DNA of 64,000 nt from Rhodospirillaceae bacterium (GTDB lineage: Bacteria; Pseudomonadota; Alphaproteobacteria; UBA7985), in NCBI GenBank assembly GCA_038141425.1, contig JAYQIC010000007.1, positions 75,554 to 139,553 of the forward strand. The letters are read 5' to 3'. Under the pieces are notes generated by a model. The model saw only the letters and a program-made list of their open reading frames with translations. It was not told the origin of the DNA and made no database searches. Shown piece by piece: positions 32,734 to 43,010 of this stretch. Within the stretch, counting starts at the first letter, position 1. Each line of letters starts with the position of its first letter. The translations under genes were made by a program, and so were the position numbers.

Positions 32734-35164
32734 GTGAAGCGTCAAACCGAAGCCGTCATCATTGGCGGCGGAGTCATCGGGTGTTCGATCGCCTATCACC
32801 TCGCCAAGCTTGGCATGACCGACGTCATGCTGCTGGAGCGTCAGGAGCTGACCAGCGGGTCATCCTGGCACGCGGCCGGAGGCGTCCACGGTCTGCACGA
32901 CACCAATAACATCGCGCGGCTCCAGTACTACACTATGAACCTATACCCGGAACTGGAGCAGGAAACCGCGCAGTCTGTTGGCTTCCAACAGACCCGATAC
33001 CTCTACTTGGCCCAGACGGAAGACCGCGCGCACCAGCTGCGGATCAGTGCGGCCAAGGCCCGCCAGTTTTCCGGGGTGGAATTCCACGAGATCAGCCTCG
33101 AAGAAGCGTCGGAGCGTCATCCCTTTGTCAATCTCGACGGTATCCGGATGGCGGTCTGGGAGTCCGGAAAGTGGTCACGTCGACGTCAACGGTGTCACCC
33201 ATGCCTATGCGCAGGCAGCCCGAAACCGTGGTGTCAGCATCGAGCGGTTTTGCCCGGTGCTGGAGACCAACCCGCGCCCCGATGGCGGCTGGGACGTGGT
33301 CACGGAAAAGGGTACGATCCAGACCCGGGTGCTGGTGAACGCGGCGGGCCTCTGGGGGCGGGAAGTGGCACGGCTGGCAGGCCTCGAGCTACCGCTGATG
33401 CCGCTCGAGCACCAGTACTTTGTCACCGAGGAGATACCTGAGGTCGCCGCGCTCGGCTTTGAACTGCCGGCCGTCGCGGACCGAGACGGTGAGTACTACC
33501 TGCGGCAGGAGGGCGAGGGCTTTCTCGTCGGCGCCTACGAGCGCGATGGACGCTACTGGTCTGAGAACGGCACGCCGCTGGACTTCGGTCATGAGCTGCT
33601 CAACGACGATCTGGATCGGATCGCTGACAACGTCATGCGGGCCTGTGAGCGGCTTCCAGCACTCGGGGAGGCGGGCATCAAGCGGGTAATCAACGGGCCC
33701 ATGATCTGGTCACCGGATGCGGCTGCTCTGCTTGGTCCCGTGCCAGAGTTGAGCAACTACTACACCGCTTGCGGCATCATCCCCGGATTCTCCCAGTCCG
33801 GGGGCCTGGGGCTGACGCTCGCGCAGTGGATCATCGACGGTGAACCTGAGTACGACATGTTCCCCTGGGACATGGCGCGCTACGGCGACTGGTCCGGGAA
33901 GGCCTTCACCAAGGCCCGCACGCTGGAGACCTACGGCACCCGCTTTTCGATCCATTTCCCTTTCGAGGAGCGCGAGGGCGGGCGCCCGGTCCGCAAGCGT
34001 CCGGTCTACGACCTGCAGAAGCAGCTGGGGGCTGTGTTCGGCCTCAATTTCGGCTGGGAACATCCACTGTGGTACGCCCCTGAAGGCGAGGTGGCCGAGG
34101 ACAGATATGGCTTCGAGCGTCAGGATTGGTGGCACCATGTCGGCGCTGAGTGCCGCGCGCTGCGCTCGGGCGTGGGGATCATAGATGTCTCCAACTTCGC
34201 CAAGTACGAGATCCGGGGCGCCGGTGCTGCCCGCTGGCTGAACCAGGTGGTCGCCAACCGCGTGCCGACGGAGGTCGGACGCTCGTGCCTGACGCCTTTG
34301 CTGTCGGTAAGGGGCGGAATCGCTGGCGACTTCACCATCACCATGCTCGACGAGGAGCACTTTCTGATGATCGGCTCCGGGATGGCCGAGCGGTACCACC
34401 GCCGCTACTTCAACGCGGTGCCACGGCCAGACAGCGTCAGCTTCCAAAGCATGACCAGCGGCTGGGCGGGCTTTAATGTGGCCGGGCCTTCAGCGCGGGA
34501 ACTGCTGGGACGCCTGACCAACGACGACATCAGCAACGAGGCCTTCCGCTTCATGCGCTCGCGTCAGATGACCGTTGCGGGTCTGGCGGCGAAGGTGCTG
34601 CGGGTCAGTTTCACGGGCGATCTTGGCTACGAGATCTATGTGCCGGAAGCCGATCAGCAGGCCCTCTATCAGGCTTTGCTGGATGCCGGCGAAGAACTGT
34701 CGGTGCGGCCGGTCGGGTCGCGGGCGCTGATGAGCCTGCGTCTGGAGAAGGGTTACGGCTCATGGGGGCGGGAATACTCGCCGGAGTACTGGCCGCAGGA
34801 GGTTGGGCTGGACCGACTGATCAAGCTCGATAAGGACGAGGCCTTTCTCGGCAAGCAGGCCTACATGGAACTGATGGACCGGCCGCCCCGGGAACAGCTG
34901 GTGGTCATGCGGGTCGACACCCCAAACAACGCTGATCCGGTCGGCGGCGAGCCAATCTTCTCACGGGCGGGCGACTATATTGGTCGGGTGAGTTCCGGGG
35001 GGTACTCTTATACCACCGAGCAGGGCCTCGCGCTGGGCTTCCTGAAGCCGGAATACTGCGAGCCGGGGACGGCCGTAGACGTTGCTGCGCTCGGCCTGCC
35101 GCACGCTGGAACGGTTCTGGGTGAGGCGCCTTTTGATCCGTCCGGCGCGCGTCTTCGCGGCTGA
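32734..35164 (+). CDS. Dimethylglycine/sarcosine dehydrogenase family protein (FAD oxidoreductase plus GcvT-like folate-binding domain); GTG start; frameshift near 33165 (AA to AAA)
   Basis: N-terminal AVIIGGGVIGCSIAYHLAK FAD fold; C-terminal aminomethyltransferase-like domain; collinear ORFs 32734-33441 and 32978-35164; about 810 aa total. Confidence 0.8.
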
Positions 35165-35881
35165 TAGGCTTGGGGGCGACAGTTGGCCTTAGCATTCGAT
35201 GAAAATTTGCGCGACGCTTGGCGCCGCCGCGCGAAGCGCGGTCGGCGGCAAGTCGGCGCAATTTCTTTCGGCTAACATTTAATACGCTCAAAGGTCCTGC
35301 GACAGGATCAGGATAAACGCCGCCGTGTTAAGCGCAAAGTAAGGAGCTGTTAACTGCTGAATGCGTGTTGAGAGTGTAGAAGAAGCAGCATGGAGCACTC
35401 CAACGCGCTCACAGCGAAGCGTTTTGAGCGCCAAGTGAAAGATGTTGCGTGCTCGATTTGACGCCGCTTCGCGGCTTACAAATCTCTCCCGCGCAGTCAA
35501 ACGGAAAGGCTGCGCTGCGCGCAGCCTGACGTCTTCTCTCTTAGAATTTGCGCGACGCTTGGTCGCCGCGCGAAGCGCGGTCGGGGCAAGTCGGCGCAAC
35601 CTCATTTCAGGCAGGACTCTACCACGCTCAAAGGCGTAGCCGTTTTGAGCGTAAAGAGAAGGTCGGCGCAAAAACACCTCCACTGGTCCGCCTTGGCCTT
35701 CGCCATCGTCGAGCCTTCCCAGCCAGACAGAGAGACAGCGAGCCAGCGCCAACACCGCGCATTGTGGGCTGCCGCAGCTCAACCTTGGTCGGCAGGGCAT
35801 TCGCCCTATCTCTTCATCTAGGCGGCGTGCAATCGCATCCCCCGCCCTATGTACATTGTCCCGTAATGAGGAAACGCACCC
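35165..35881. repeat. Intergenic repeat region B: two direct copies of a 53-56 nt long-hairpin module plus an inverted copy of the module from region A, and CGCTCAAA/TTTGAGCG palindromes
   Basis: 35206-35261 and 35546-35598 are near-identical; reverse complement at 62478-62533; 35449-35598 is inverted-homologous to 62478-62636. Confidence 0.6.
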
Positions 35882-36385
35882 ATGAAAAAGCTGTTTGCTT
35901 CCGCCGCTGTCGCCCTTGCCGCTCTGGCCTTTGGCGCCGCCCCCGTTGCTGTCGCCGAAGACGCACAGCCCAACATCTATCAGACCGCTCAAGCGGCCGG
36001 TTCCTTCAACGTCTTGCTCGCAGCTGTTGACGCAGCTGGCTTTGATTCCATCCTGCAGGGCGAGGGCCCGCTGACCGTATTTGCGCCAGTGGATGAAGTC
36101 TTTGCCAATCTGCCAGAAGGCACGGTCGAGGCCCTGCTGGCCGAAGAAGGCATGGTGACGCTGAAGGCGATCCTCGGCTACCATGTCGTACCGGGCAAGA
36201 TCATGGCGGCCGACCTCGTAGGCCAGACCATGGAGCTGCAGACCGCCGCGGGCATCCCGCTGTCGGTCGATGGCACGGGTGACGCGGTCATCCTCGGCGG
36301 CGCGGCACCTGTCGTCAGCGCTGACATCGAGACCGCCAACGGCGTCATCCACGTGATCGCCGGTATCCTGCTGCCGGGCCAGTAA
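35882..36385 (+). CDS. Fasciclin (FAS1) domain protein, secreted
   Basis: Signal peptide; FAS1 motifs TVFAPVDEVFANLPEGT and GVIHVIAGILLP. Confidence 0.85.
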   Translation: MKKLFASAAVALAALAFGAAPVAVAEDAQPNIYQTAQAAGSFNVLLAAVDAAGFDSILQGEGPLTVFAPVDEVFANLPEGTVEALLAEEGMVTLKAILGYHVVPGKIMAADLVGQTMELQTAAGIPLSVDGTGDAVILGGAAPVVSADIETANGVIHVIAGILLPGQ

Positions 36386-36446
36386 GCCCAGCCGCCCGCG
36401 CGCCTCGGCTCCCCGGAGCGCGCCTACATCGTGCCAGCCCCGTCGG

Positions 36447-36962
36447 TCAGTTGACGGGGCGGCTCAGGGCCCGGTCGACGAGCCGGGCCATAAGGTCGAT
36501 GCGAACCCTGATATCGATGTCGCCGCGCGCCATGATATCGGCGAGGAACGGCCCGGTCTTGCGGCGCAGTTCCGCCAGCCAGTCGGGGTCTTCGCAGGGC
36601 CATTCGGCAAAGCCGAACCATCGCTCACTGCCGTAGTCGAAGTAGATGCCGTGCGCCCCCGGCCCCGAGCGCCCGGTGACGGTGAACACGGCCTCGTTCT
36701 CCTTGAGCTGATAGCCCGTGGGGGAGCTGAAGTAGCTGTAGCCGCCAAACACCCGCCCGCCATAGGGGCTCTGCACCCCGTCCAGCGCCAGCATCACATA
36801 CACAATCATCAGCTGTCCGAGTGCGTCGAACTGCAGGTTCACCTCATGCCCGGCATCGCGGTAGGTGATCACCGTCTCTTCCAGCCCGCAGGCGCCGCTC
36901 GCGCTGTAGTAGCCCGGGGGCGGGCGCTCATCGGAAATCTGCGCATGTGCCGGGCCCACCAT
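36447..36962 (-). CDS. Hypothetical protein
   Basis: 171-aa ORF with protein-like composition and no recognised motifs; extent uncertain. Confidence 0.3.
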   Translation of the reverse strand: MVGPAHAQISDERPPPGYYSASGACGLEETVITYRDAGHEVNLQFDALGQLMIVYVMLALDGVQSPYGGRVFGGYSYFSSPTGYQLKENEAVFTVTGRSGPGAHGIYFDYGSERWFGFAEWPCEDPDWLAELRRKTGPFLADIMARGDIDIRVRIDLMARLVDRALSRPVN

Positions 36963-37249
36963 CGCGAACCAGCGAGCCCCAGCCCGCCAAGCCCGCCGAG
37001 CCCCCCAACGAACAGGCCTGGCAGCCGATCAGCCGCCGCCCCGGCACCGACATTAACGACGGGCCAGCCCGCCTGCCGCCACCGGAAACCATAGCCGACG
37101 CCCTGTCCGGAAAGACCGCATTCAACACTCCGCGTGCATCCATATATTATGCGTCAACCCTTAGCCCAAGACCGCAAGGATAGACAGGCCCTTGTCGGCG
37201 TCCTATCACCCCCTGTGATCACCTCAATCTGAACGGAGACGGCGCCACC

Positions 37250-38932
37250 ATGGCCAGCTACCAGTACGTCTATGTCATGAAGGGCCTGCGCAAGGTCTTT
37301 CCCGGCGGCAAGGAAGTCCTCAAGAACGTGTACCTGAGCTTTCTGCCCGGGGCGAAAATCGGCGTCGTCGGCCTCAACGGCTCGGGTAAGTCGACGCTGA
37401 TGAAGCTCATGGCCGGACTGGATCAGGAATACGACGGCGAGGCCTGGGCCGCCGAGGGCGCGAAAGGCGGCTACCTGCCGCAGGAACCGCAGCTCGACCC
37501 GACCAAGACCGTGGGCGAGAACGTGATGATGGCCATGGCCGAGACCAAGGCCGTGCTCGACCGCTTCAACGAAGTCACCGCGCTGACCGCCGACCCGGAG
37601 ACCGACGACGACACCCTCAACGACCTTTACATGGAAATGGGCGAGTTGCAGGAGAAGATCGACGCAGCCGACGGCTGGGACCTCGACCGCACGCTGGAAA
37701 TCGCCATGGACGCGCTGCGCTGCCCGCCGGCGGACTCGGCGGTCGACACGCTCTCGGGCGGGGAAAAGCGCCGGGTGGCGCTGTGCCAGCTGCTGCTGTC
37801 CAAGCCCGACCTGCTGCTGCTCGATGAGCCGACCAACCATCTGGACGCGGAGTCCGTCGCATGGCTCGAGCGTTTCCTCGACGAATACAGCGGCACCGTC
37901 GTGTGCGTGACCCACGATCGCTACTTCCTCGACAACATCGCCGGCTGGATCCTTGAAATGGACCGCGGCGAGTGCATCCCGTTCGAGGGCAATTATTCGG
38001 CCTGGCTCGAGCAGAAGCAGAAGCGGCTGGCGCAGGAAGCCAAGTCCGAGAGCGACAAGCAGAAGTATCTGGAGCGCGAGCTCGCCTGGGTGCGGCAGGG
38101 GGCCAAGGGCCGCCAGTCCAAGTCCAAGGCGCGGATCCAGCAGTACGAGGAACTGGCCAACACCGCCGCGCGCGAGAAGTACGAGCCCGGCACCATCGCC
38201 ATCCCGACCGCCGAGCGGCTGGGCAATCTGGTGCTGGAGGTCGACGGCGTGCGCAAGGCCTTCGGCGAAGACCTGCTGATCGAGGACCTGTCCTTCCGCG
38301 TCCCGCCCGGCGCCATCGTCGGCATCATCGGCCCCAACGGTGCGGGTAAGTCGACCCTGTTCAAGATGATCACCGGCGCCGAAACCCCGGACAGCGGCAG
38401 CGTCCGGCTGGGGGAGACCGTGTCGCTGGGTTACGTCGACCAGAGCCGCGACCACCTCATCGACAAGAACTCGGTGTGGCAGGAGATTTCCGACGGCCTT
38501 GACATGATCGACGTCGGCAAGACCCAGATGCCCTCGCGCGCCTACGTCGGCGCCTTCAACTTCAAGGGCGGGGACCAGCAGAAGTCGGTGGGGCAGCTCT
38601 CGGGCGGGGAGCGCAACCGCGTGCACCTGGCCAAGATGCTCAAGACCGGCGCCAACCTGATCCTGCTCGATGAGCCGACCAACGACCTGGACGTCGACAC
38701 CCTGCGCTCGCTGGAGGAGGCGCTGCAGAAATTCGCGGGCTGCGCCATGGTGATCAGCCACGACCGCTGGTTCCTCGACCGGCTGGCGACCCACATTCTG
38801 GCCTATGAAGGCGAGAGCCACGTTGAGTGGTACGAGGGCAACTACAGCGACTACGAGGCTGACCGCAAGCGCCGCCTGGGCGCGGACGCCGATCAGCCGA
38901 CACGGATCAAGTACAAGCGCCTGACCCGGTGA
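37250..38932 (+). CDS. ettA: Energy-dependent translational throttle protein EttA (ABC-F ATPase)
   Basis: MASYQYVYVMKGLRKVFPGGKEVLKNVYLSF N-terminus, two ABC domains, 560 aa. Confidence 0.9.
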   Translation: MASYQYVYVMKGLRKVFPGGKEVLKNVYLSFLPGAKIGVVGLNGSGKSTLMKLMAGLDQEYDGEAWAAEGAKGGYLPQEPQLDPTKTVGENVMMAMAETKAVLDRFNEVTALTADPETDDDTLNDLYMEMGELQEKIDAADGWDLDRTLEIAMDALRCPPADSAVDTLSGGEKRRVALCQLLLSKPDLLLLDEPTNHLDAESVAWLERFLDEYSGTVVCVTHDRYFLDNIAGWILEMDRGECIPFEGNYSAWLEQKQKRLAQEAKSESDKQKYLERELAWVRQGAKGRQSKSKARIQQYEELANTAAREKYEPGTIAIPTAERLGNLVLEVDGVRKAFGEDLLIEDLSFRVPPGAIVGIIGPNGAGKSTLFKMITGAETPDSGSVRLGETVSLGYVDQSRDHLIDKNSVWQEISDGLDMIDVGKTQMPSRAYVGAFNFKGGDQQKSVGQLSGGERNRVHLAKMLKTGANLILLDEPTNDLDVDTLRSLEEALQKFAGCAMVISHDRWFLDRLATHILAYEGESHVEWYEGNYSDYEADRKRRLGADADQPTRIKYKRLTR

Positions 38933-39015
38933 ACTACTGAACCTCAATCAGCCTTGACCCGATAGCGTTTCTGGTCCTCATTCTCCGTACAGAAAAGGGA
39001 GAGGGGAGACAAGAT

Positions 39016-40420
39016 ATGACTGCCAGTCTGACTCCACCACGCATGCCGCTGTGGACCAAGGCCGCCTACGGCTTTGCCGACACCGGCATCAACGTTTTTG
39101 TCATCTTCAAGGGCCTGCTGATCCTCGCCTTCATGGTGCAGTACGCGGGCATCGACCCGGCCCTGGCGGGGTGGGTTACATCCTCGGTGCTGGTGCTTGA
39201 TATCATCACCGACCCGATCATGGGCTGGGTTTCAGACCGGACTGGCGGGCGTTTTGGTCGTCGTCATCCCTATATCTTCAGTGGCGCGGTGCTCATGGTC
39301 GCCCTGATGGTGCTGACCTTCGCCGTCCCTGCCGGGCTGGGGCCACAGGCGGCCGCGTTGTGGATCCTGATGTTCTTCGGGTTGAGTTCGATCGCCTTCA
39401 CCATGGTCGCTATTCCTTACAGCTCGCTGGCCGTCGAGATCACCGACAGCCCGCGCGAGCGTTCGACCATGACCGGTTGGCGCATGGCGGCGGCGGGGCT
39501 GGGTATCCTGCTCACCGGCGGGGCCTTCCCGATCCTGATCAACCCAGCGGCCTCGGACTGAGCCATCCGATCGCCATCCTCGTCTACGCGCCGATTATCA
39601 TCGGCACCATCTGGCTCGCCTGCCTTGCGACTTACCGCTTCCGCAACAAGCGGCCGACCACGCCCGTCAGCCTTGGGCGCCAGATCGGCGCCGCGTTGCG
39701 CAATCGGCGGTTCGTGGTGCTGGTGGCGGTCTACGGTGTGCAGACCATCGGCATCGCCGTCATTACCGCCGGCATCCCCTTTGCCGCCGCAGAGCTGATC
39801 ATCACCGAGGGCGCCAGCGGGGCGCTCGCCACCGTCTACGTGCTGGGAGCGTTCTCGACCGCCTTCGCCCTGTTCGTCCTCGGCTCGATGCTGTCACAGG
39901 CCGTGTGGGTCGCGCTGTCGGCGGCGATCGGTAAGATCACGACCTTTGCAGCAGGGAACGCTCTACTACGCCGCAGTCTTGACTGGCTTTTTCCTGGTGC
40001 TGCCAACCACGGGCATGATCGAAGCCGGGACAGACCAACCTCGCTTTGATCACGCTGTTCATCTTTCTGATTGGCTCGGCCAACGGCTGCTACCAGCAAC
40101 TGCCCTGGGCGATTATGCCGGACCTGGTCGACTGGTCGGCCAAGCGCGAGTCCTTTGAGGTTGCGGGCGCATTCAGCGGGTTCTGGCTGCTGGGGCAAAA
40201 GGTTGGTAATGCCATCGCGCCGCTGTTCTTCACCCAGATCCTCGCAGCCTATGGCTGGATTGCCACGCAGGACGGTGGAGTATCGGTGGATCAGCCCGAC
40301 GCAGCTGTTGCAGCGCTGCGCTGGTCGCTGACGCTGGTGCCAGCTGGGTTGTTTGCCGTGTCTGTGCCGCTCTACCTCTGGCTCGACCGGCAGGCAAAGG
40401 CAGCGCAGGAAGCGGCATAG
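39016..40420 (+). CDS. MFS transporter, glycoside-pentoside-hexuronide (GPH):cation symporter family; frameshifts near 39540 and 39960-40046
   Basis: GWVSDRTGGRFGRRHPYIF (GPH signature-like); pieces in ORFs 39016-39561, 39360-40049, 40046-40420. Confidence 0.65.
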
Positions 40421-40441
40421 GCCCGGAGAGCGCTGCTTCCC

Positions 40442-41248
40442 GTGACCGTTCCTGCGGCCCCTGATCTGAGCATCATCATCCCGGTTTACCGAGCGCAGGA
40501 CACGCTTGCCCGCGCACTGGCTTCGATCGACGTGCCTGCGGGGGTGTCAGCCGAGATTATCCTGAGCGTCGACGATGGCGACAACTACAGCGCGTTCGCT
40601 GGTCAGAATCCGATGGTCCGGCTGATCACCAGCCCTCAGCAGCGAACCGGCCCTGGCCCGGCCCGCAACCGCGGCGTGGCAGCGGCACGCGGCGCCTTCC
40701 TCGCCTACCTCGATGCCGACGACAGCTGGTCGCCGGGCTATCTGGCGGCCCTGCTCCCGATGGCACGGCACGAGGGCTGTGCCTTTGCCGCGACGGTGGT
40801 GGAGACGCCCAACGGCGAGGCGCTGGCGCAGTTTCCCCGGCACGCCCGGGCGACTGATGCTGTCGGATTTCGCCCGTTGGGGTGCGTCTTTCCACCCGGT
40901 CCACGCTGCCGGGCTGCCACGGGGCAGGGCGGAGGGTCCATTCTGGAACGCCCCGCGCAGGATGTCATGCACGCAGTCGAGGTGTTCATGGCCTGCGGTC
41001 TTACCGCCGCGCTGGAGACCAGCGTCGCCTATCGTCTGCGTCTGGGGGCAGAAACCGTCACCACAGTGAGCGATTTTTCCAGTCGGCTAAGCACCGCCTA
41101 TGCCACCTACGACCGGGCGCTGGCAGAGACCTGGGCGCAGACACTCTTCGCCGGGAAGAGCGCCCTGAACGACCGCTATGAGCGCGAGCGACTGCCTGAT
41201 GAGAGCTTCTACGCCTTCGTCACCCGCGTGATTGTACCAGAGGCTTGA
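40442..41248 (+). CDS. Glycosyltransferase family 2 protein (GTG start)
   Basis: LSIIIPVYRAQDTLARAL...YLDADD (DxD) motifs. Confidence 0.7.
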   Translation: MTVPAAPDLSIIIPVYRAQDTLARALASIDVPAGVSAEIILSVDDGDNYSAFAGQNPMVRLITSPQQRTGPGPARNRGVAAARGAFLAYLDADDSWSPGYLAALLPMARHEGCAFAATVVETPNGEALAQFPRHARATDAVGFRPLGCVFPPGPRCRAATGQGGGSILERPAQDVMHAVEVFMACGLTAALETSVAYRLRLGAETVTTVSDFSSRLSTAYATYDRALAETWAQTLFAGKSALNDRYERERLPDESFYAFVTRVIVPEA

Positions 41249-42075
41249 GCGGCCTGATCCAGCGCAGCCGTCCAGTCGGCCTGCGCCTGGACCAGCGCCA
41301 GTTCATCGAGACCCAGCGTCTTCGTTCGCTCCAGCAGCTCGACCAGCGCCGCACAGATCCGCGCGGTCCGCTGCGTCAGTCCTTTGCCCGGTGCATAAAG
41401 GCCAGTACTCAGCGCAGCGATGAAGTCACCGACCCCGTTGGGTTCGCGCTCGAAGACAACCGCCGGGTGCTCGATCCGTGCCGCCTCAGCTGCATCGAAG
41501 CAGAACACGCCGCGACCGACGGTATCCGGTGTCATGGTCTCTGCCGACGTCACCAGACCGGCGGCAAAGCCAATCGCCTGCAATTCGCTCCGGAGCGCGT
41601 CCAGACCCGCGACAGCGCGGCCAGCGAGGGTCTCCGCTTCGAAGGCATTGGGCGTGATCAGGGATGCCAGCCCAGGCGCTGCGCTGCGGAACAGCTCCAC
41701 AAGACCCGCCTCGACGTAAAGCCTGCCCTGATCACCCATTACCGGATCGATGATGATCGGCAGGTCGGGCTTCGACGACCGCAGCTCGCCGAGCAGCTCG
41801 AACACTGTCCTTGCCTGCGCTGTACTGGCAAAGAAGCCGGTCTGTACCGCGCTCAAACGGTCGAGCACTCCCCGGCGACCCAGGGCGTCGAAATAATCCC
41901 GGAGCAGGGCGGGGGAGGTCGCCTCACCCACCGCATCGGGATAGCCCTTGTGGTTGCTGAGGATCACCGTCGGGACTGCAACCACGTCAAACCCCAGCCG
42001 CCGCAGGGCGAAGTCTGCGACGCTGTTGCCAACGTGTCCGAACAGAACCTGACTGGAGATAGTCAAAATTGTCAT
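41209..42075 (-). CDS. pdxY: Pyridoxal/pyridoxamine kinase
   Basis: MTILTISSQVLFGHVGNSVADFALRRLGFDV N-terminus, PfkB-like ribokinase fold. Confidence 0.75.
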   Translation of the reverse strand: MTILTISSQVLFGHVGNSVADFALRRLGFDVVAVPTVILSNHKGYPDAVGEATSPALLRDYFDALGRRGVLDRLSAVQTGFFASTAQARTVFELLGELRSSKPDLPIIIDPVMGDQGRLYVEAGLVELFRSAAPGLASLITPNAFEAETLAGRAVAGLDALRSELQAIGFAAGLVTSAETMTPDTVGRGVFCFDAAEAARIEHPAVVFEREPNGVGDFIAALSTGLYAPGKGLTQRTARICAALVELLERTKTLGLDELALVQAQADWTAALDQAAQASGTITRVTKA

Positions 42076-42171
42076 TGCAGAACCAATGCTCAAAAAACGT
42101 CGCAGGTGATTGAAGCAGTGCCGGAGTTAAGCTACTCGATGACTGTCACAGACCGACACCCGGGATCTTCC

Positions 42172-42573
42172 ATGACCGATCAAGATACGCCTGTCCAGCG
42201 GCCGCTTTCTCCGCACCTTCAGGTTTACCGCCTACCGCTCTTGCCGCTGATGTCTATTTCCCACCGCGTGACCGGCGTTGGCCTCGCATTTGGCACACTG
42301 GTGCTCGCGTGGTGGCTGGCGGCGTTGGCTACGGGGCCGGGGGCTTATGATCTATTCATTCGCTTCATGAACCCGCTTGGCGGACTGGCGTTGCTGGGCT
42401 GGATGATCGCGATTGCCTACCACTTCTGTAACGGCATCCGTCACCTGATCTGGGACACGGGCCACGCGCTCGATCTGGGCAGCGCCGAGCGCGCCGGATA
42501 CCTCGTGCTTGTCGGCTGGCTGGTGCTGTCAGCGGCGATGGTCGGCAGCGCGCTGCTGTTCTGGCTGGGCTGA
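42172..42573 (+). CDS. sdhC: Succinate dehydrogenase cytochrome b556 subunit
   Basis: RPLSPHLQVYRLPLLPLMSISHRVTG motif, three TM helices. Confidence 0.85.
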   Translation: MTDQDTPVQRPLSPHLQVYRLPLLPLMSISHRVTGVGLAFGTLVLAWWLAALATGPGAYDLFIRFMNPLGGLALLGWMIAIAYHFCNGIRHLIWDTGHALDLGSAERAGYLVLVGWLVLSAAMVGSALLFWLG

Positions 42574-42587
42574 GGGGAGACGCGATC

Positions 42588-42974
42588 ATGAGTAAGTCAC
42601 AGACTACCCCTTCGTTGAAAACCGCTCGCGGCCTCGGCTCTGCCAAGGAAGGCACAGATCACTGGTGGATGCAGCGCCTGAGCGCGGTCGCCATGATGCT
42701 GCTCGCTCCGCTGATGATCTTCCTCGTTATCACCCTGATCGGTGAGCCCTACGATGCCGTGGTGGCGAAGATGAGCTCGCCGCTGTGGGGCGGGATCGCG
42801 CTGCTGTTTGTCTGCGCGTCGTTTTACCACGCCCATCTCGGCTTACAGGTGGTGATCGAAGATTATATTGGTGGTCATGCGGCCCGGCTCACCCTGATCA
42901 TCCTGATCCGGGGCGCACTGATAATTCTTGGCTTGATCGCGGTGCTGTCCGTGCTCCGTCTGATGCTGACGTGA
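42588..42974 (+). CDS. sdhD: Succinate dehydrogenase hydrophobic membrane anchor subunit
   Basis: 128 aa, three TM helices, heme-ligand His (FYHAHLG); sdhCDAB synteny. Confidence 0.85.
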   Translation: MSKSQTTPSLKTARGLGSAKEGTDHWWMQRLSAVAMMLLAPLMIFLVITLIGEPYDAVVAKMSSPLWGGIALLFVCASFYHAHLGLQVVIEDYIGGHAARLTLIILIRGALIILGLIAVLSVLRLMLT

Positions 42975-43010
42975 GCCGCTCGTCGGCCAACTGTTTAAGG
43001 AAACGCTTTA

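Noticed and set aside
36386-36446. Hairpin GCCCCGTCGGTCAGTTGACGGGGC between the convergent fasciclin and hypothetical genes as a terminator
   Set aside because: Good stem but no flanking T or A tract, and it overlaps the end of the minus-strand ORF; not confident enough to call.
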